This document shows positions 38,866 to 48,412 of a stretch of 64,000 nucleotides of DNA, piece by piece. The stretch is from an uncultured delta proteobacterium (GTDB lineage: Bacteria > Desulfobacterota > Syntrophia > Syntrophales > UBA2192). The stretch covers positions 148,931 to 212,930 of the forward strand of contig CAVPJD010000011.1 in NCBI GenBank assembly GCA_963705165.1, read 5' to 3'. Within the stretch, counting starts at the first letter, position 1. The number at the start of each line of letters is the position of its first letter. The notes below the pieces were generated by a model, which was given only the letters and a program-made list of their open reading frames with translations, had not been told where the DNA came from and ran no database searches. The translations under genes and the position numbers were made by a program.

Positions 38866-38973
38866 GGGGGCATGCCATGGATAGATAAAAACCCCGCATC
38901 TCAAATGAGAGCGGGGTTTTATGTTTTGGTCCCGTTTTTTACAATTCGGAATTTCTGGTGCCGGACAGAAATG
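38866..38973 (+). repeat. Dispersed hairpin element, copy 3 of 3
   Basis: GGGGGCATGCCATG...AAAACCCCGCATCTC-AAAT-GAGAGCGGGGTTTT...TGCCGGACAGAAATG. Confidence 0.8.
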
Positions 38974-39222
38974 TTGAAATGCCAGGCGCGACCCTGAATG
39001 AACCCTATTATCCAATACAGTCCATATTGCCTTTTGCGGGCATCCCTGTCCTTGAAACAAAAAAGCGCAATGATTTAGCCCGTCTTTAACCATTAATCCC
39101 ACTTATAAAAGTCTGCATCCGATCCATCTTGGGAAGGAGGTGAAAAACAACCTTTAACGAGGGGGTAATTTTTTCGATTCATCGACTTTAACTGTGACTG
39201 AAACAAAAAAAGGGGGACAAGT

Positions 39223-40191
39223 ATGGCTGAAGAATCGAAACTCATGACGATGAAAGAAGCTATTTCTAAATTCGTTAGTGACGGCATGACACTTTACATA
39301 AGCGCGGTCTGGGCCAACCACGCAGCCGCGGCAGCCCACGAGATCATCAGGCAGAAAAAAAAGGATCTCACCCTGATCGAGAGTTCGCCGGGAGAGATTT
39401 TCGATCAAATGATCGGTGCGGGATGCGCGAAGAGACTGATTCTGTCGTGGTCCGCCAACGAAGCGTTTGGAACGGGATACCGTTTTCGTAGAGCTGTCGA
39501 GAAGGGCCTGATAGAAGTTGAAGACTACTCAAACTTCGGCCTGACCGCAAAGTTAATGGCCGGCGCGATGGGTATTCCATTCATGCCGATCATGTCTCAG
39601 AAAGGGTCATCGATCAACGAAATCAGGTCCTTCCTTGGAGAAAACAAGCTGAAACATGTGGACTGCCCTTTTACCGGGCAAAAGGTAACGCTGATCTCAG
39701 GCATCAACCCCGACGTCTCCATCATCCATTGTCAACGTGCAGACCTGGAGGGTAACCTTCAGACATGGGGCTCGCTCTTTTCAGCGAAATGGGGAACTCT
39801 CGCCGGGAAAACAGTCATAGCGAGCGTGGAAGAAATTGTCGACACGGACACCATCCGGCGGAATCCGGAATCGACGCTTGTCCCCGGGTTCAGGGTGGCA
39901 GCCGTCGTGCACGAACCGTGGGGCGCTCATCCCGGGCATCTGTTTGGATATCACGATGATGACCGTTGGTTCAGATACATGTATGCGAACTTCGTTTCCG
40001 ACGATGACGTCAAGTTCAAGAAGTTCTTGGATGAATGGGTCTATGGCGTAGATGACAGGGCTGGGTATATCGCGAATTATATCAAAAGGTATGGATACAA
40101 GAGGCTGATGAGACTGAAGCCAAAGCCGTTTTACAGCGATCCGATCAATTACGGCACCTATCCCTTCGACACAATGCACATGGACTTATAG
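39223..40191 (+). CDS. Family I CoA-transferase subunit A (glutaconate CoA-transferase GctA-like)
   Basis: SKLMTMKEAISKFVSDG, HEIIRQKKKDL, AGAMGIPFMP, CPFTG, IIHCQRAD and EPWGAHP. Confidence 0.88.
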   Translation: MAEESKLMTMKEAISKFVSDGMTLYISAVWANHAAAAAHEIIRQKKKDLTLIESSPGEIFDQMIGAGCAKRLILSWSANEAFGTGYRFRRAVEKGLIEVEDYSNFGLTAKLMAGAMGIPFMPIMSQKGSSINEIRSFLGENKLKHVDCPFTGQKVTLISGINPDVSIIHCQRADLEGNLQTWGSLFSAKWGTLAGKTVIASVEEIVDTDTIRRNPESTLVPGFRVAAVVHEPWGAHPGHLFGYHDDDRWFRYMYANFVSDDDVKFKKFLDEWVYGVDDRAGYIANYIKRYGYKRLMRLKPKPFYSDPINYGTYPFDTMHMDL

Positions 40192-40202
40192 GAGGTGGAG
40201 AC

Positions 40203-41039
40203 ATGAGCGATCAGAAATACGCCAAAGACTTTACACTGCCGGAATTGATGATTACAGCCTGTGCGAGAGAAATCAGAGACGGCGAAAGAGTGCTGATAGG
40301 GGTCGGGTTGCCGTTGCTTGGCGCCATGTTAGCCAAGAGAACCCATGCACCCAATTGCAAAATGGCATACGAAACAGGGTCCTTCGATTCTTTACCATCG
40401 AGAACGCCCTTTAGTGTCGTGGATCCGGATTTGGTCCCCAGAGCTATTTTTGCAGGGCAATTGACGGATATCATGGCTCTGTTCTTACAGAGAGGTTTCA
40501 TCGACGTTGGTTTTGTCGGGGGAGCGCAGGTTGACAAATATGGTAATCTGAATTCGACTTGCTTCGGAGATTACTTTAAACCCGATGTCAGGTTTCCAGG
40601 CAGTGGAGGAGCCCATGATTTTGGAGCTTTTGCCAGGAGAAGCTTGATCGTAATGGTTCACGAGAAGCGACGGTTCGTCGAGAAATGCGATTATGTAACA
40701 ACGCCCGGATATCTGAGGGGAGGAAACACCCGTTATGAAGAAGGGCTGCCGGAAGGAACCGGGCCGGCGGCTGTCATATCGACGAGAGGGGTGTTCCGAT
40801 TCAGTCCCGAAACGAAAGAAATGTATTTAGAGACTTATCATCCGGGCCTCACGGTGGATTCGGTAAAAGAAAATGTTAACTGGGATCTTAAGGTATCGCC
40901 GATTATCCGGGAGACCGAACCGCCGACAGAAGAACAGATAAGAATTATCAGGGACCTCGATCCGGAAGGCTTCTTCTTGAGAAGGGGCGAGTATAACAAA
41001 AAAATGAAAGCGCAAGCAGAAAGCATGGGATGGCTCTGA
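40203..41039 (+). CDS. Family I CoA-transferase subunit B (GctB-like)
   Basis: GVGLP, YETG (catalytic Glu), GGAQVDKYGNLNST, GSGGAHD and VDSVKENVNWDL. Confidence 0.9.
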   Translation: MSDQKYAKDFTLPELMITACAREIRDGERVLIGVGLPLLGAMLAKRTHAPNCKMAYETGSFDSLPSRTPFSVVDPDLVPRAIFAGQLTDIMALFLQRGFIDVGFVGGAQVDKYGNLNSTCFGDYFKPDVRFPGSGGAHDFGAFARRSLIVMVHEKRRFVEKCDYVTTPGYLRGGNTRYEEGLPEGTGPAAVISTRGVFRFSPETKEMYLETYHPGLTVDSVKENVNWDLKVSPIIRETEPPTEEQIRIIRDLDPEGFFLRRGEYNKKMKAQAESMGWL

Positions 41040-41169
41040 GAACTTTCTACCATCCTCATTCGCAGTACTCCGAGCCGCCTCATTTTCTGCTGTGGGGCGG
41101 CTCTTTTTCTTTCACTCTGATTGTTTTCCGGGGGAAAGTACAAAGTGGGTGTCACTGCGAAGAGGGAAA

Positions 41170-41631
41170 TTAAATAAACTTTGGCGGGAGTTTGGGTTTT
41201 CCCGGGAAGCCGAAGCCGGGCAGCACGATGACCGACGACGTGCCGTGAGCGACGAGTTTGCCGTCGTCATTGAAGACTTCCGTCTCGCCGAGCCCCAGGG
41301 TGCGGCCCAGGCGGATTCTTTTGCCCCGGGCCGAGAGCTTCCCGTCGGCGACCGGCGCCAGGTAGTTGACCTTGAGATCCACCGTCGTGATCCCCGCCGA
41401 CTCGTCGAGCTCCCCGAAGAAGCACCAGAAGATGGCCGTGTCGACAAGCGATGCGATCACACCGCCGTGAACGTGACCAAACATCTGCCTGTGTGCCTCC
41501 CGCGCTCCGATTTCGACAAGGGCCTCACCGACACCGAGTTCGGTGATTACCATGCCGAGGTGCCTGAAGTAGGGGCTGTCGTTTGCCATGACCGTGACGG
41601 CCTTCACGTACTCCGGATTGAGCTTTTTCAT
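41170..41631 (-). CDS. PaaI-family thioesterase
   Basis: HGGVIASLVDTA and TVDLKVNYLAP hotdog motifs. Confidence 0.92.
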   Translation of the reverse strand: MKKLNPEYVKAVTVMANDSPYFRHLGMVITELGVGEALVEIGAREAHRQMFGHVHGGVIASLVDTAIFWCFFGELDESAGITTVDLKVNYLAPVADGKLSARGKRIRLGRTLGLGETEVFNDDGKLVAHGTSSVIVLPGFGFPGKPKLPPKFI

Positions 41632-41727
41632 TTTGCCTCGCTGATGCGCGTTCAAATTGGACAATCTCGGAAGGCGAGATTGCCGCGTCGGCTTGACGGC
41701 CTCCTCGCAATGACAAACAGGAAACGT

Positions 41728-42231
41728 TTAATCGCAGCTCTCGGCGCTGAGCTGGCACGCTTTCTCTTTTGTCTTCTCGCGGAGCCTCGCTTCCCGGCGG
41801 GCCTGTGCCTCGCGATTGCGCCGCTGCTCCTCGGGCGTCTCCAGGATGAGGGGCGGGATGGCAATCGGTCGGCCGTTCGTGTCCAGGGCCACAAAGGTCA
41901 TGTAGGCCGAAACGGTGTGGCGGGTCTTGCCGGTAAGCAGATTCTCCGCCTCGACGCGCACACCGACCTCCATGGAGCTTTTGCCCGTGTAGGTGATGCC
42001 CGCCCTCAGGGTGACCAGGTCGCCGATAAATACGGGGTGATGGAAATCGAGGCGGTCGATGGAGGCCGTCACGCAGTTTGCCCGGGAATGCTTCACGGCA
42101 GCCGCGCCGGCGGCAGTGTCGATGAGCTTCATGATGACGCCGCCGTGTACGTTCCCGGCGGGGTTTGCGTCCTGCGGATTCATGACCTGGGCCGTCAGGA
42201 TGCTGCTTTCTCGAGCTCTCTTTCCTTGCAT
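41728..42231 (-). CDS. Acyl-CoA thioesterase (YciA-like)
   Basis: DANPAGNVHGG, VTASID, TGKSSMEVGV and FVALD. Confidence 0.93.
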   Translation of the reverse strand: MQGKRARESSILTAQVMNPQDANPAGNVHGGVIMKLIDTAAGAAAVKHSRANCVTASIDRLDFHHPVFIGDLVTLRAGITYTGKSSMEVGVRVEAENLLTGKTRHTVSAYMTFVALDTNGRPIAIPPLILETPEEQRRNREAQARREARLREKTKEKACQLSAESCD

Positions 42232-42409
42232 GTTTAACTCCCTCAACGCTGTTTCGGTATCGGACGCGCGGTGGTCCCTGCGGTTGTGGACAGGGTGATC
42301 CGTGACGCCCGGTGGTTATCCAGGTGGTTATATAGACGAAAGCGGCACCCCGGTCAACCCTTGCGCAGGGGACAGGGTATAGGATACAGAGAGAGAAGCC
42401 AACAGCCAC

Positions 42410-42546
42410 CCGCGAGGCCGCGCGAGATCGACTACGGTCTGGCCACCCCCATCGCGCTGGCCGACGAATACATTCTGAACACGGGCACTGTGGATGAGGC
42501 CCTGGCCGCTTTTGGCAGGATCGTCGAGCGCCACATCGCCGCGTGA
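42410..42546 (+). pseudogene. Orphan C-terminal fragment resembling an archaeal-type dephospho-CoA kinase/AAA (COG0237-like) protein
   Basis: REIDYGLATPIALADEYILNTGTVDEALAAF resembles the RE..G....IA.AD..I.N.G C-terminal motif; no Walker A-containing N-terminus upstream. Confidence 0.45.
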
Positions 42547-42551
42547 GTCCC

Positions 42552-43310
42552 TCACAGCAGGGAACGGCCGCCCGCGTAATGCTTGCTGTAGTACTTGCTG
42601 TCGAGCGAGTCGATGCCGATCTTCTTCCCCCGGCCGGGCGCGTGGATGAAGCGCCCGCTGCCGATGTAGACCCCCACGTGGGAAACCTTGCCTGAATTGT
42701 TGGTGTTGAAAAAAACCAGGTCGCCCTTTTCGAGCTTGCTCCTGCTGACGGGGACGCCCATCTCGGACTGCTCCCGGGAGGAGTGTGGCAGCATGAGGCC
42801 GTTGTACTGGTAGATAGCCATGGTCAAGCCGCTGCAATCGAAGCCCTCGTCCGCAGAGTCGCCGCCCCACAGGTAGGGGACACCGATGAAGCTCCTTGCC
42901 GTTCTCGTGATCTCGTCCCGCACATACTGCTCGCCCTTTTCTTCTTTCAGGGCGATGGCATAGTCGCGGGGGTTGGCAATCCAGTACTCCTCAATGATGC
43001 CTTTGTCCACAAGGCGCCGGGCCCGCGCCGCCGCGTCCTCGGCCGACCTGAAGTTGCCGAAGCGCACCTTGTAGAGCCCCGTCTTGTAGACGAAGTAGTA
43101 GGCGGAAAGGCCCTCACGATTCAGCTTGCCGGTCAGCTTTGCCGCATTTTCTGCCTTGGAGAAGGCGCCCGCCTGGATGGTAAAACCCATCTTCGCCGGC
43201 ATGGGCCCCTTGCCCGTCGGCCGGATTTGCTCGGGCGGCGCCTCCCGCCTGGCGCAACCGGCGAGGATCAGAAGAATGAGCAGGAAAAGGATCGGTCGGC
43301 GAAGATTCAA
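42552..43310 (-). CDS. SPOR + NlpC/P60 peptidoglycan endopeptidase lipoprotein
   Basis: Lipobox LILAGC; FTIQAGAFS...YKVRFG (SPOR); PYLWGG, GFDCSGL, HVGVYIG and FIHA. Confidence 0.93.
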   Translation of the reverse strand: MNLRRPILFLLILLILAGCARREAPPEQIRPTGKGPMPAKMGFTIQAGAFSKAENAAKLTGKLNREGLSAYYFVYKTGLYKVRFGNFRSAEDAAARARRLVDKGIIEEYWIANPRDYAIALKEEKGEQYVRDEITRTARSFIGVPYLWGGDSADEGFDCSGLTMAIYQYNGLMLPHSSREQSEMGVPVSRSKLEKGDLVFFNTNNSGKVSHVGVYIGSGRFIHAPGRGKKIGIDSLDSKYYSKHYAGGRSLL

Positions 43311-43409
43311 CGCTTACCTCAAGGTGTCATTCCCGCGCAGGCGGGAATCTATACTAAGACTGGATTCCGGGTCGAGCCCGGAATGACAAAACCTTTTTAC
43401 AGGGGAAAT

Positions 43410-43448
43410 CCCTGTACCCTGTACCCTGTACCCTGTACCCTGTACCCT
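43410..43448. repeat. Perfect heptamer tandem repeat (CCCTGTA) x5
   Basis: ccctgta repeated five times. Confidence 0.9.
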
Positions 43449-43712
43449 CTATTTCAGCTTGGCGATGATGAACGGGTAATGCAGATCACAGGGCACCCCC
43501 AACCGCAGCCACGCATTGCGCTCGTCCATCACCTTGTTCATGATGTCCCGGATCGTGGCCGTCTTTCCCCCGCCTGCCGGCACCTCGAAGGATACGCTCA
43601 GCTTCTCGATAACAGGCGGCGGATCCTTTCCCACTTCATGCGTGTAGAAGAGCCGGGCATCCTCTTCCGTGTCGGCGGCGATGACATGATCGCCGATCCT
43701 GTAGGTCTCCAT
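43449..43712 (-). CDS. Small hypothetical protein (87 aa)
   Basis: Plausible globular sequence; AAGGGGGGA purine-rich RBS; host-like codon usage. Confidence 0.65.
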   Translation of the reverse strand: METYRIGDHVIAADTEEDARLFYTHEVGKDPPPVIEKLSVSFEVPAGGGKTATIRDIMNKVMDERNAWLRLGVPCDLHYPFIIAKLK

Positions 43713-44029
43713 ATTGCGGCTGTCCCCCCTTTTATTGATCCCCCCTCACCCCTGCCCTCTCCCGCGAGGGGAGAGGGATATGAAGAGAGAGCGTACCACG
43801 CCTCGGAATATCCACCCTCACCCCGCCCCTCTCCCCTCAAGGGAGAGGGAGTCTGAATGGAAGCAGGCTCCAGAGGCTCGGCTCGTAATGACTTATTAAT
43901 GCGGCATTATACACTCCCCGTCAAGGGTCCCGCGACGGCACGCGCCTTGACAGCCCGGGAACGATCCCCTATAGTGCTCAGTACCTGCCCGCAAGAGCCG
44001 GAAAGTACACGAAAAGGGGTTGCAATAGC

Positions 44030-46771
44030 ATGGCCGACATCCGCACATTCCGTCCTCCGACGGTTAAAAATCCCAAGGGCCTCCTGGTGATCATCGTCCT
44101 GGCCGTCCTGTTCTTCGGCTTCTGGCGAACAACCGGCCTTTTCTCGGACTGGCTCTGGTTCCAGGAAGTGGGCTACGAGAGTGTCTTCACCGTCAGCCTG
44201 TTCGCGCAAATAAAGGCGGCCGCCTTCTTCGGCATCCCGTACTTCCTCTTTTTCTTCCTGAACCTCACCCTTGCAAACCGGCTGGCCCCGCAATTCCAGG
44301 TGCACGAGGGAAGCGACACCGTCGACCTGAACCCCCAGGCCCTGGGGAAATTGCCTTTTCAGATTTTGATCCTGGCGGTCTCTCTCCTCCTCGGATTGTT
44401 TGCCGCGCTGGCGGGGGCCGCCCAGTGGGAGAACCTGCTGCTGTACTTCAACGGCGTTCCCTTCGGGGCCAACGATCCCCTCTTCGGGAAAGACATCGGT
44501 TTTTACGTCTTCCAGCTGCCCCTTCTCAACCACATCTTCGGCTGGTTTCTGAGCCTGAACCTCTTCACCCTCGCCGCCACGGCAGTCGTCTACGTCATCC
44601 GAAAGGCCGTGATCATCCGGCCGCCGCAGTTCTTCAGCCTCGCCCCGGCGGCAAAGCGGCACCTGCTGATCCTGGCATCCCTCTTTTTCTTCTGGGGCGT
44701 CTTCGGATCATGGCTCTCGCTCAACGAGATCCTCTTCACCAAGCGAGGCGTCGTCTTCGGCCCCGGCTACACGGACGTGACGACCCAGCTCTGGGTCCTC
44801 AAGGCCCTCATGATCGTATCCTTCCTCTGCGGGGCGGCGATCGTCGCATATGCCTTCATCGGAAAAGTGTTGATCCCCATCGTGGCCGTAGGCGTCTTTG
44901 CGGCTCTCCTCGTCCTCGGGAGAGGGATCTACCCGTCTATCGTCCAGAAATTCCAGGTCATCCCCAACGAGATCGTCCTCGAGCGGCCTTATGTCGAGTG
45001 GAACATCAAGTACACCCGCATGGCCTACCAGCTCGACAACATCGAGGAGCGGGACTTCCCCGCCGAGGAGAACCTGACCCGCGAGGATCTGCGGCGCAAC
45101 GACCTCACGATCAAGAACGTGCGCCTCTGGAACGACGCGCCGCTGCTGCAGACCTACGGGCAGCTCCAGGAGATCCGAACCTACTACAAGTTCATCGATG
45201 TGGACAACGACCGCTACATGGTCAACGGCGAGTATCGCCAGGTGATGATCTCGCCCCGCGAGATGCACTACCCCTCGCTGCCGTCCAAGACCTGGGTGAA
45301 CGAGCACCTGACCTACACCCACGGCTACGGCATCGTCGTCGGTCCCGTCAACCGCGTCACCCCCGAGGGGCTCCCCGAGTTCTTCATCAAGGACATCCCC
45401 CCGGTGTCGTCAGCGAACCTGAAAGTAACCCGGCCGGAAATCTACTACGGGGAGACCTCGAACGACTATGTCTTCGTGCGCACGAAGGCCCCTGAATTCG
45501 ACTACCCCGTGGGCGACAAGAACGTCTATTCCCAGTACGAAGGAAAGGGCGGCGTGCCCCTGACCTTCTTCCGGAAGCTGCTCTTTGCCGCCCGGTTCGG
45601 CTCCGTGACCATGCTGCTGGCCAACGAGATCACCGATGAGAGCCGCATCATGTACTACCGGCAGGTGCGGGAGCGCGTCGCCAAGATCGTCCCCTTTGCA
45701 CGCCTCGAGGGTGACCCCTATCTCGTGATCTCCCCCGAGGGGCGCCTTCTGTGGTTCGTCGACGGCTACACCATGACGGATCGATTCCCCTACTCGGAGC
45801 CCATGAAGGGGGTGGGCAACTACGTCCGCAACTCCTTCAAGGCCATCGTCGATGCCTATGACGGCACGGTTGAACTCTACGTGAGCGACGCCACGGACCC
45901 CATCATCCAGACCTATGCAAAGATCTTCCCCGGGGTCTTCAAGCCCCTGGGCGAGATGCCCGAGCCCCTGCAGAAGCACATCCGCTACCCCGGCGGGATG
46001 CTGGGCATGCAGGCCCACATGTTCCGGGCCTACCACATGCAGGACCCCCAGGTCTTCTACAACAAGGAAGACCTCTGGTCCATTCCGGGGAAGGCGACGC
46101 GCAGCGGCGAGCAGGAGATGGACCCCTACTACACGATCATGAAGCTCCCCGGCGAGAAAAAGGAGGAGTTCATCATGCTCGTCCCGTTCACGCCGAGCCG
46201 CAAGGACAACATGGCCGCCTGGATGGCCGTCCGCTGCGACATGCCGAACTACGGCAAGCTGATCGCCTACCAGTTCCCGAAGCAGAAACTGGTCTACGGG
46301 CCCCGGCAGATCGACGCCCGCATCGACCAGGACGCCGAGATCTCCAAGCAGCTCTCGCTCTGGAACCAGAGGGGCTCACAGGCCATCCGGGGCAGCCTGC
46401 TGTCCATCCCCATCGAGAAGTCGATCCTCTACGTCCAGCCCCTCTACCTCTCGGCCGAGAAGGGTCAGCTGCCGGAGCTCAAGCGGGTTATCGTGGCCTT
46501 CGGCAACACAATTGCCATGGAGGAGACCCTCGAGCAATCTCTGCAGCGCATCTTCGGCGGCGAGCTCATCCGCGACCGGGGGGCAAAGCCCGCGGGAGCG
46601 TCGGCAATGACACCGGCCGCACGGGAGAAAGCGGATCGGGAGCTGGCACTGGAGGCCCTCGGCCACTACCGGAGAGCCCAGGAATACATGAAGCAGGGCA
46701 ACTGGGCCGCCTACGGCGAGGAGCTGAGGAAGCTCGACGAGTCCCTGCGGTCCGTCGAGCGCAGGAAATAA
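44030..46771 (+). CDS. UPF0182 family membrane protein
   Basis: DWLWFQEVGY, DPLFGKDIGFYVFQLP, NVRLWND, YTHGYG, NYVRNSFKAIVDAYDG, LYVQPLYL and LPELKRVI. Confidence 0.95.
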   Translation: MADIRTFRPPTVKNPKGLLVIIVLAVLFFGFWRTTGLFSDWLWFQEVGYESVFTVSLFAQIKAAAFFGIPYFLFFFLNLTLANRLAPQFQVHEGSDTVDLNPQALGKLPFQILILAVSLLLGLFAALAGAAQWENLLLYFNGVPFGANDPLFGKDIGFYVFQLPLLNHIFGWFLSLNLFTLAATAVVYVIRKAVIIRPPQFFSLAPAAKRHLLILASLFFFWGVFGSWLSLNEILFTKRGVVFGPGYTDVTTQLWVLKALMIVSFLCGAAIVAYAFIGKVLIPIVAVGVFAALLVLGRGIYPSIVQKFQVIPNEIVLERPYVEWNIKYTRMAYQLDNIEERDFPAEENLTREDLRRNDLTIKNVRLWNDAPLLQTYGQLQEIRTYYKFIDVDNDRYMVNGEYRQVMISPREMHYPSLPSKTWVNEHLTYTHGYGIVVGPVNRVTPEGLPEFFIKDIPPVSSANLKVTRPEIYYGETSNDYVFVRTKAPEFDYPVGDKNVYSQYEGKGGVPLTFFRKLLFAARFGSVTMLLANEITDESRIMYYRQVRERVAKIVPFARLEGDPYLVISPEGRLLWFVDGYTMTDRFPYSEPMKGVGNYVRNSFKAIVDAYDGTVELYVSDATDPIIQTYAKIFPGVFKPLGEMPEPLQKHIRYPGGMLGMQAHMFRAYHMQDPQVFYNKEDLWSIPGKATRSGEQEMDPYYTIMKLPGEKKEEFIMLVPFTPSRKDNMAAWMAVRCDMPNYGKLIAYQFPKQKLVYGPRQIDARIDQDAEISKQLSLWNQRGSQAIRGSLLSIPIEKSILYVQPLYLSAEKGQLPELKRVIVAFGNTIAMEETLEQSLQRIFGGELIRDRGAKPAGASAMTPAAREKADRELALEALGHYRRAQEYMKQGNWAAYGEELRKLDESLRSVERRK

Positions 46772-46773
46772 AC

Positions 46774-46809
46774 GCAAGAGGGGCGCTGCACCGGCAGCGC
46801 CCCTCTTGC
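46774..46809. terminator. Terminator-like hairpin between convergent genes
   Basis: gcaagaggggcgctgc-accg-gcagcgcccctcttgc. Confidence 0.75.
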
Positions 46810-46861
46810 TGTTAGTCTTGATTCGCCTACACCCTCGTCCCTAGTCCCCAGTCCCTGTTTG

Positions 46862-47041
46862 TTAATCGCCCTTGCCTTTGCCGTGGCCCTTCCCCTTGTC
46901 GTCCTTGTCCTTCTTATCTTTCTTATCTTTCTTGTCTTTCTTGTCCTGCTTGTCGTCATCGTCATCGCGATGCTTTCCCTTTTCCTTGTGAAAGTCATCA
47001 TTGATGACGACGAATCTCTCGCCCTTCCCTCTTCGGTCCAT
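46862..47041 (-). CDS. Small Lys/Asp-rich low-complexity protein (59 aa) or gene remnant
   Basis: GAGGT RBS, then MDRRGKGERFVVINDDFHKEKGKHRDDDDDKQDKKDKKDKKDKKDKDDKGKGHGKGKGD. Confidence 0.5.
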   Translation of the reverse strand: MDRRGKGERFVVINDDFHKEKGKHRDDDDDKQDKKDKKDKKDKKDKDDKGKGHGKGKGD

Positions 47042-47088
47042 GACCACCTCGCCGCCCACAGAGCGGGGCTTGCGGGACGCGCCCCCGG

Positions 47089-48261
47089 TCACCCTTCAGT
47101 GCCACCCTTGCGGCTTCCCCGGTAGAGCTCATATTCGAGGAGTCGGCATTCGATGGGCCCGTTGTAAAAGGGGATTCTTCGCTTTGTCCGCAGTCCGACC
47201 TGCTTGGCCAGCTCGAGGTTCCCCGTGAAGATGTAGCCCCGGTAGCCCAGGCACCGGTTCTTGAAAAAGTCCCCGATTCCCTTATAGATATCTCCCAGCT
47301 TCCCGGCATCGCCCATCCGCTCGCCGTACTCGGGGTTCAGGATCACGATCCCTTCGCCCTCCGGCACGGTACTCTCCCGGAAATCACAGGTCTGAAATTC
47401 GATAAGGTGCTCCACTTCCGCCGTCCTGGCGTTCTGTCTGGCTGCCTCGACGGCCTCGGGCCGGATGTCCGTGGCGATAATGCGCCCGGCGGCCTCCTGG
47501 CGGGCGGCCTTTTTAAGCTCTTCCCTCTGCTTCTCGAAAGCGGGCAGGTCAAACCCAAGGATGTGCATGAAGCCGAAATTCTGCCTGAGGATCCCCGGCG
47601 CCCGTCTCGAGACGATGAGGGCCCCTTCGATGGCAAGCGTGCCGCTTCCGCACATGGGGCTGACCAGGGGGACCTTTCCATCCCAGCCCGTGGCCAGGAT
47701 GACGGCGGCGGCCAGCGTCTCCTGCATGGGGGCCTCGAGAGGGATCTTCCGGTATCCCCTGCGCGAGAGGGGCTCGCCCGAGGTGTCGAGCCAGACCTCG
47801 CAACGATCCTGCTCCCAGTGCAGGTAAACGACGGCCCCGTGACGCCCCGGGCCCGAGTCGGGCCGGCGGCCCTGCTTTTCGCGGATGCGGTCCACGATGG
47901 CATCCTTCGTTTTCACGTTTGCAAACCGGGTGTCATTGACGGCGGCCGTGTTCACGCTCGAAGTGACGGAAAGGAACCCGTCGGCGGCAATGACCTTTTC
48001 CCAGGGCAGCATCACGAGGCGCCGGTAGAGATCCTCGGCCTTCACGGCCGTGAAGGCGTCGAAAAGATAGAGGACGCGCTGGGCCGTACGCAGGGAGAGA
48101 TTCAGGCGCAGGGTATCCGCGAGGGTTCCCTCCGTCTCGACGGCCGTCTCCAGGGTGGAGCGGACCGGGAGGCGTTGCGCCTGGATCTCCCCGGCGAGGA
48201 TGCCGGGGGTCCCGCGGGCACAGGTGATGAGAATTCTTCTTTTTTCATTCCACAGCGACAC
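47089..48261 (-). CDS. rlmL: THUMP-domain RNA methyltransferase (RlmL-like, stand-alone)
   Basis: LNLSLRTAQRV, KDAIVD, DTSGEPLSRRGYR, APMQETLAA, PMCGSGT and NPEYGER. Confidence 0.88.
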   Translation of the reverse strand: MSLWNEKRRILITCARGTPGILAGEIQAQRLPVRSTLETAVETEGTLADTLRLNLSLRTAQRVLYLFDAFTAVKAEDLYRRLVMLPWEKVIAADGFLSVTSSVNTAAVNDTRFANVKTKDAIVDRIREKQGRRPDSGPGRHGAVVYLHWEQDRCEVWLDTSGEPLSRRGYRKIPLEAPMQETLAAAVILATGWDGKVPLVSPMCGSGTLAIEGALIVSRRAPGILRQNFGFMHILGFDLPAFEKQREELKKAARQEAAGRIIATDIRPEAVEAARQNARTAEVEHLIEFQTCDFRESTVPEGEGIVILNPEYGERMGDAGKLGDIYKGIGDFFKNRCLGYRGYIFTGNLELAKQVGLRTKRRIPFYNGPIECRLLEYELYRGSRKGGTEG

Positions 48262-48412
48262 CGGTTATACCTCCCTGGCAAAACAATGGCAGCAGTTAAC
48301 CACAGGTCCGGCTGACTGTAAAGCGAAGGGTGCCCCCCGAAAAATTCCTTGCGAAAAGCGACCCTTGTGATAAAAAAACTCGGATTCCTCCGCAGAACAA
48401 GGGGATTTCGCC

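Noticed and set aside
38956..38975. tRNA 3' end or att site (TGGTGCCGG)
   Set aside because: No T-loop or cloverleaf follows, and the motif belongs to the dispersed repeat.
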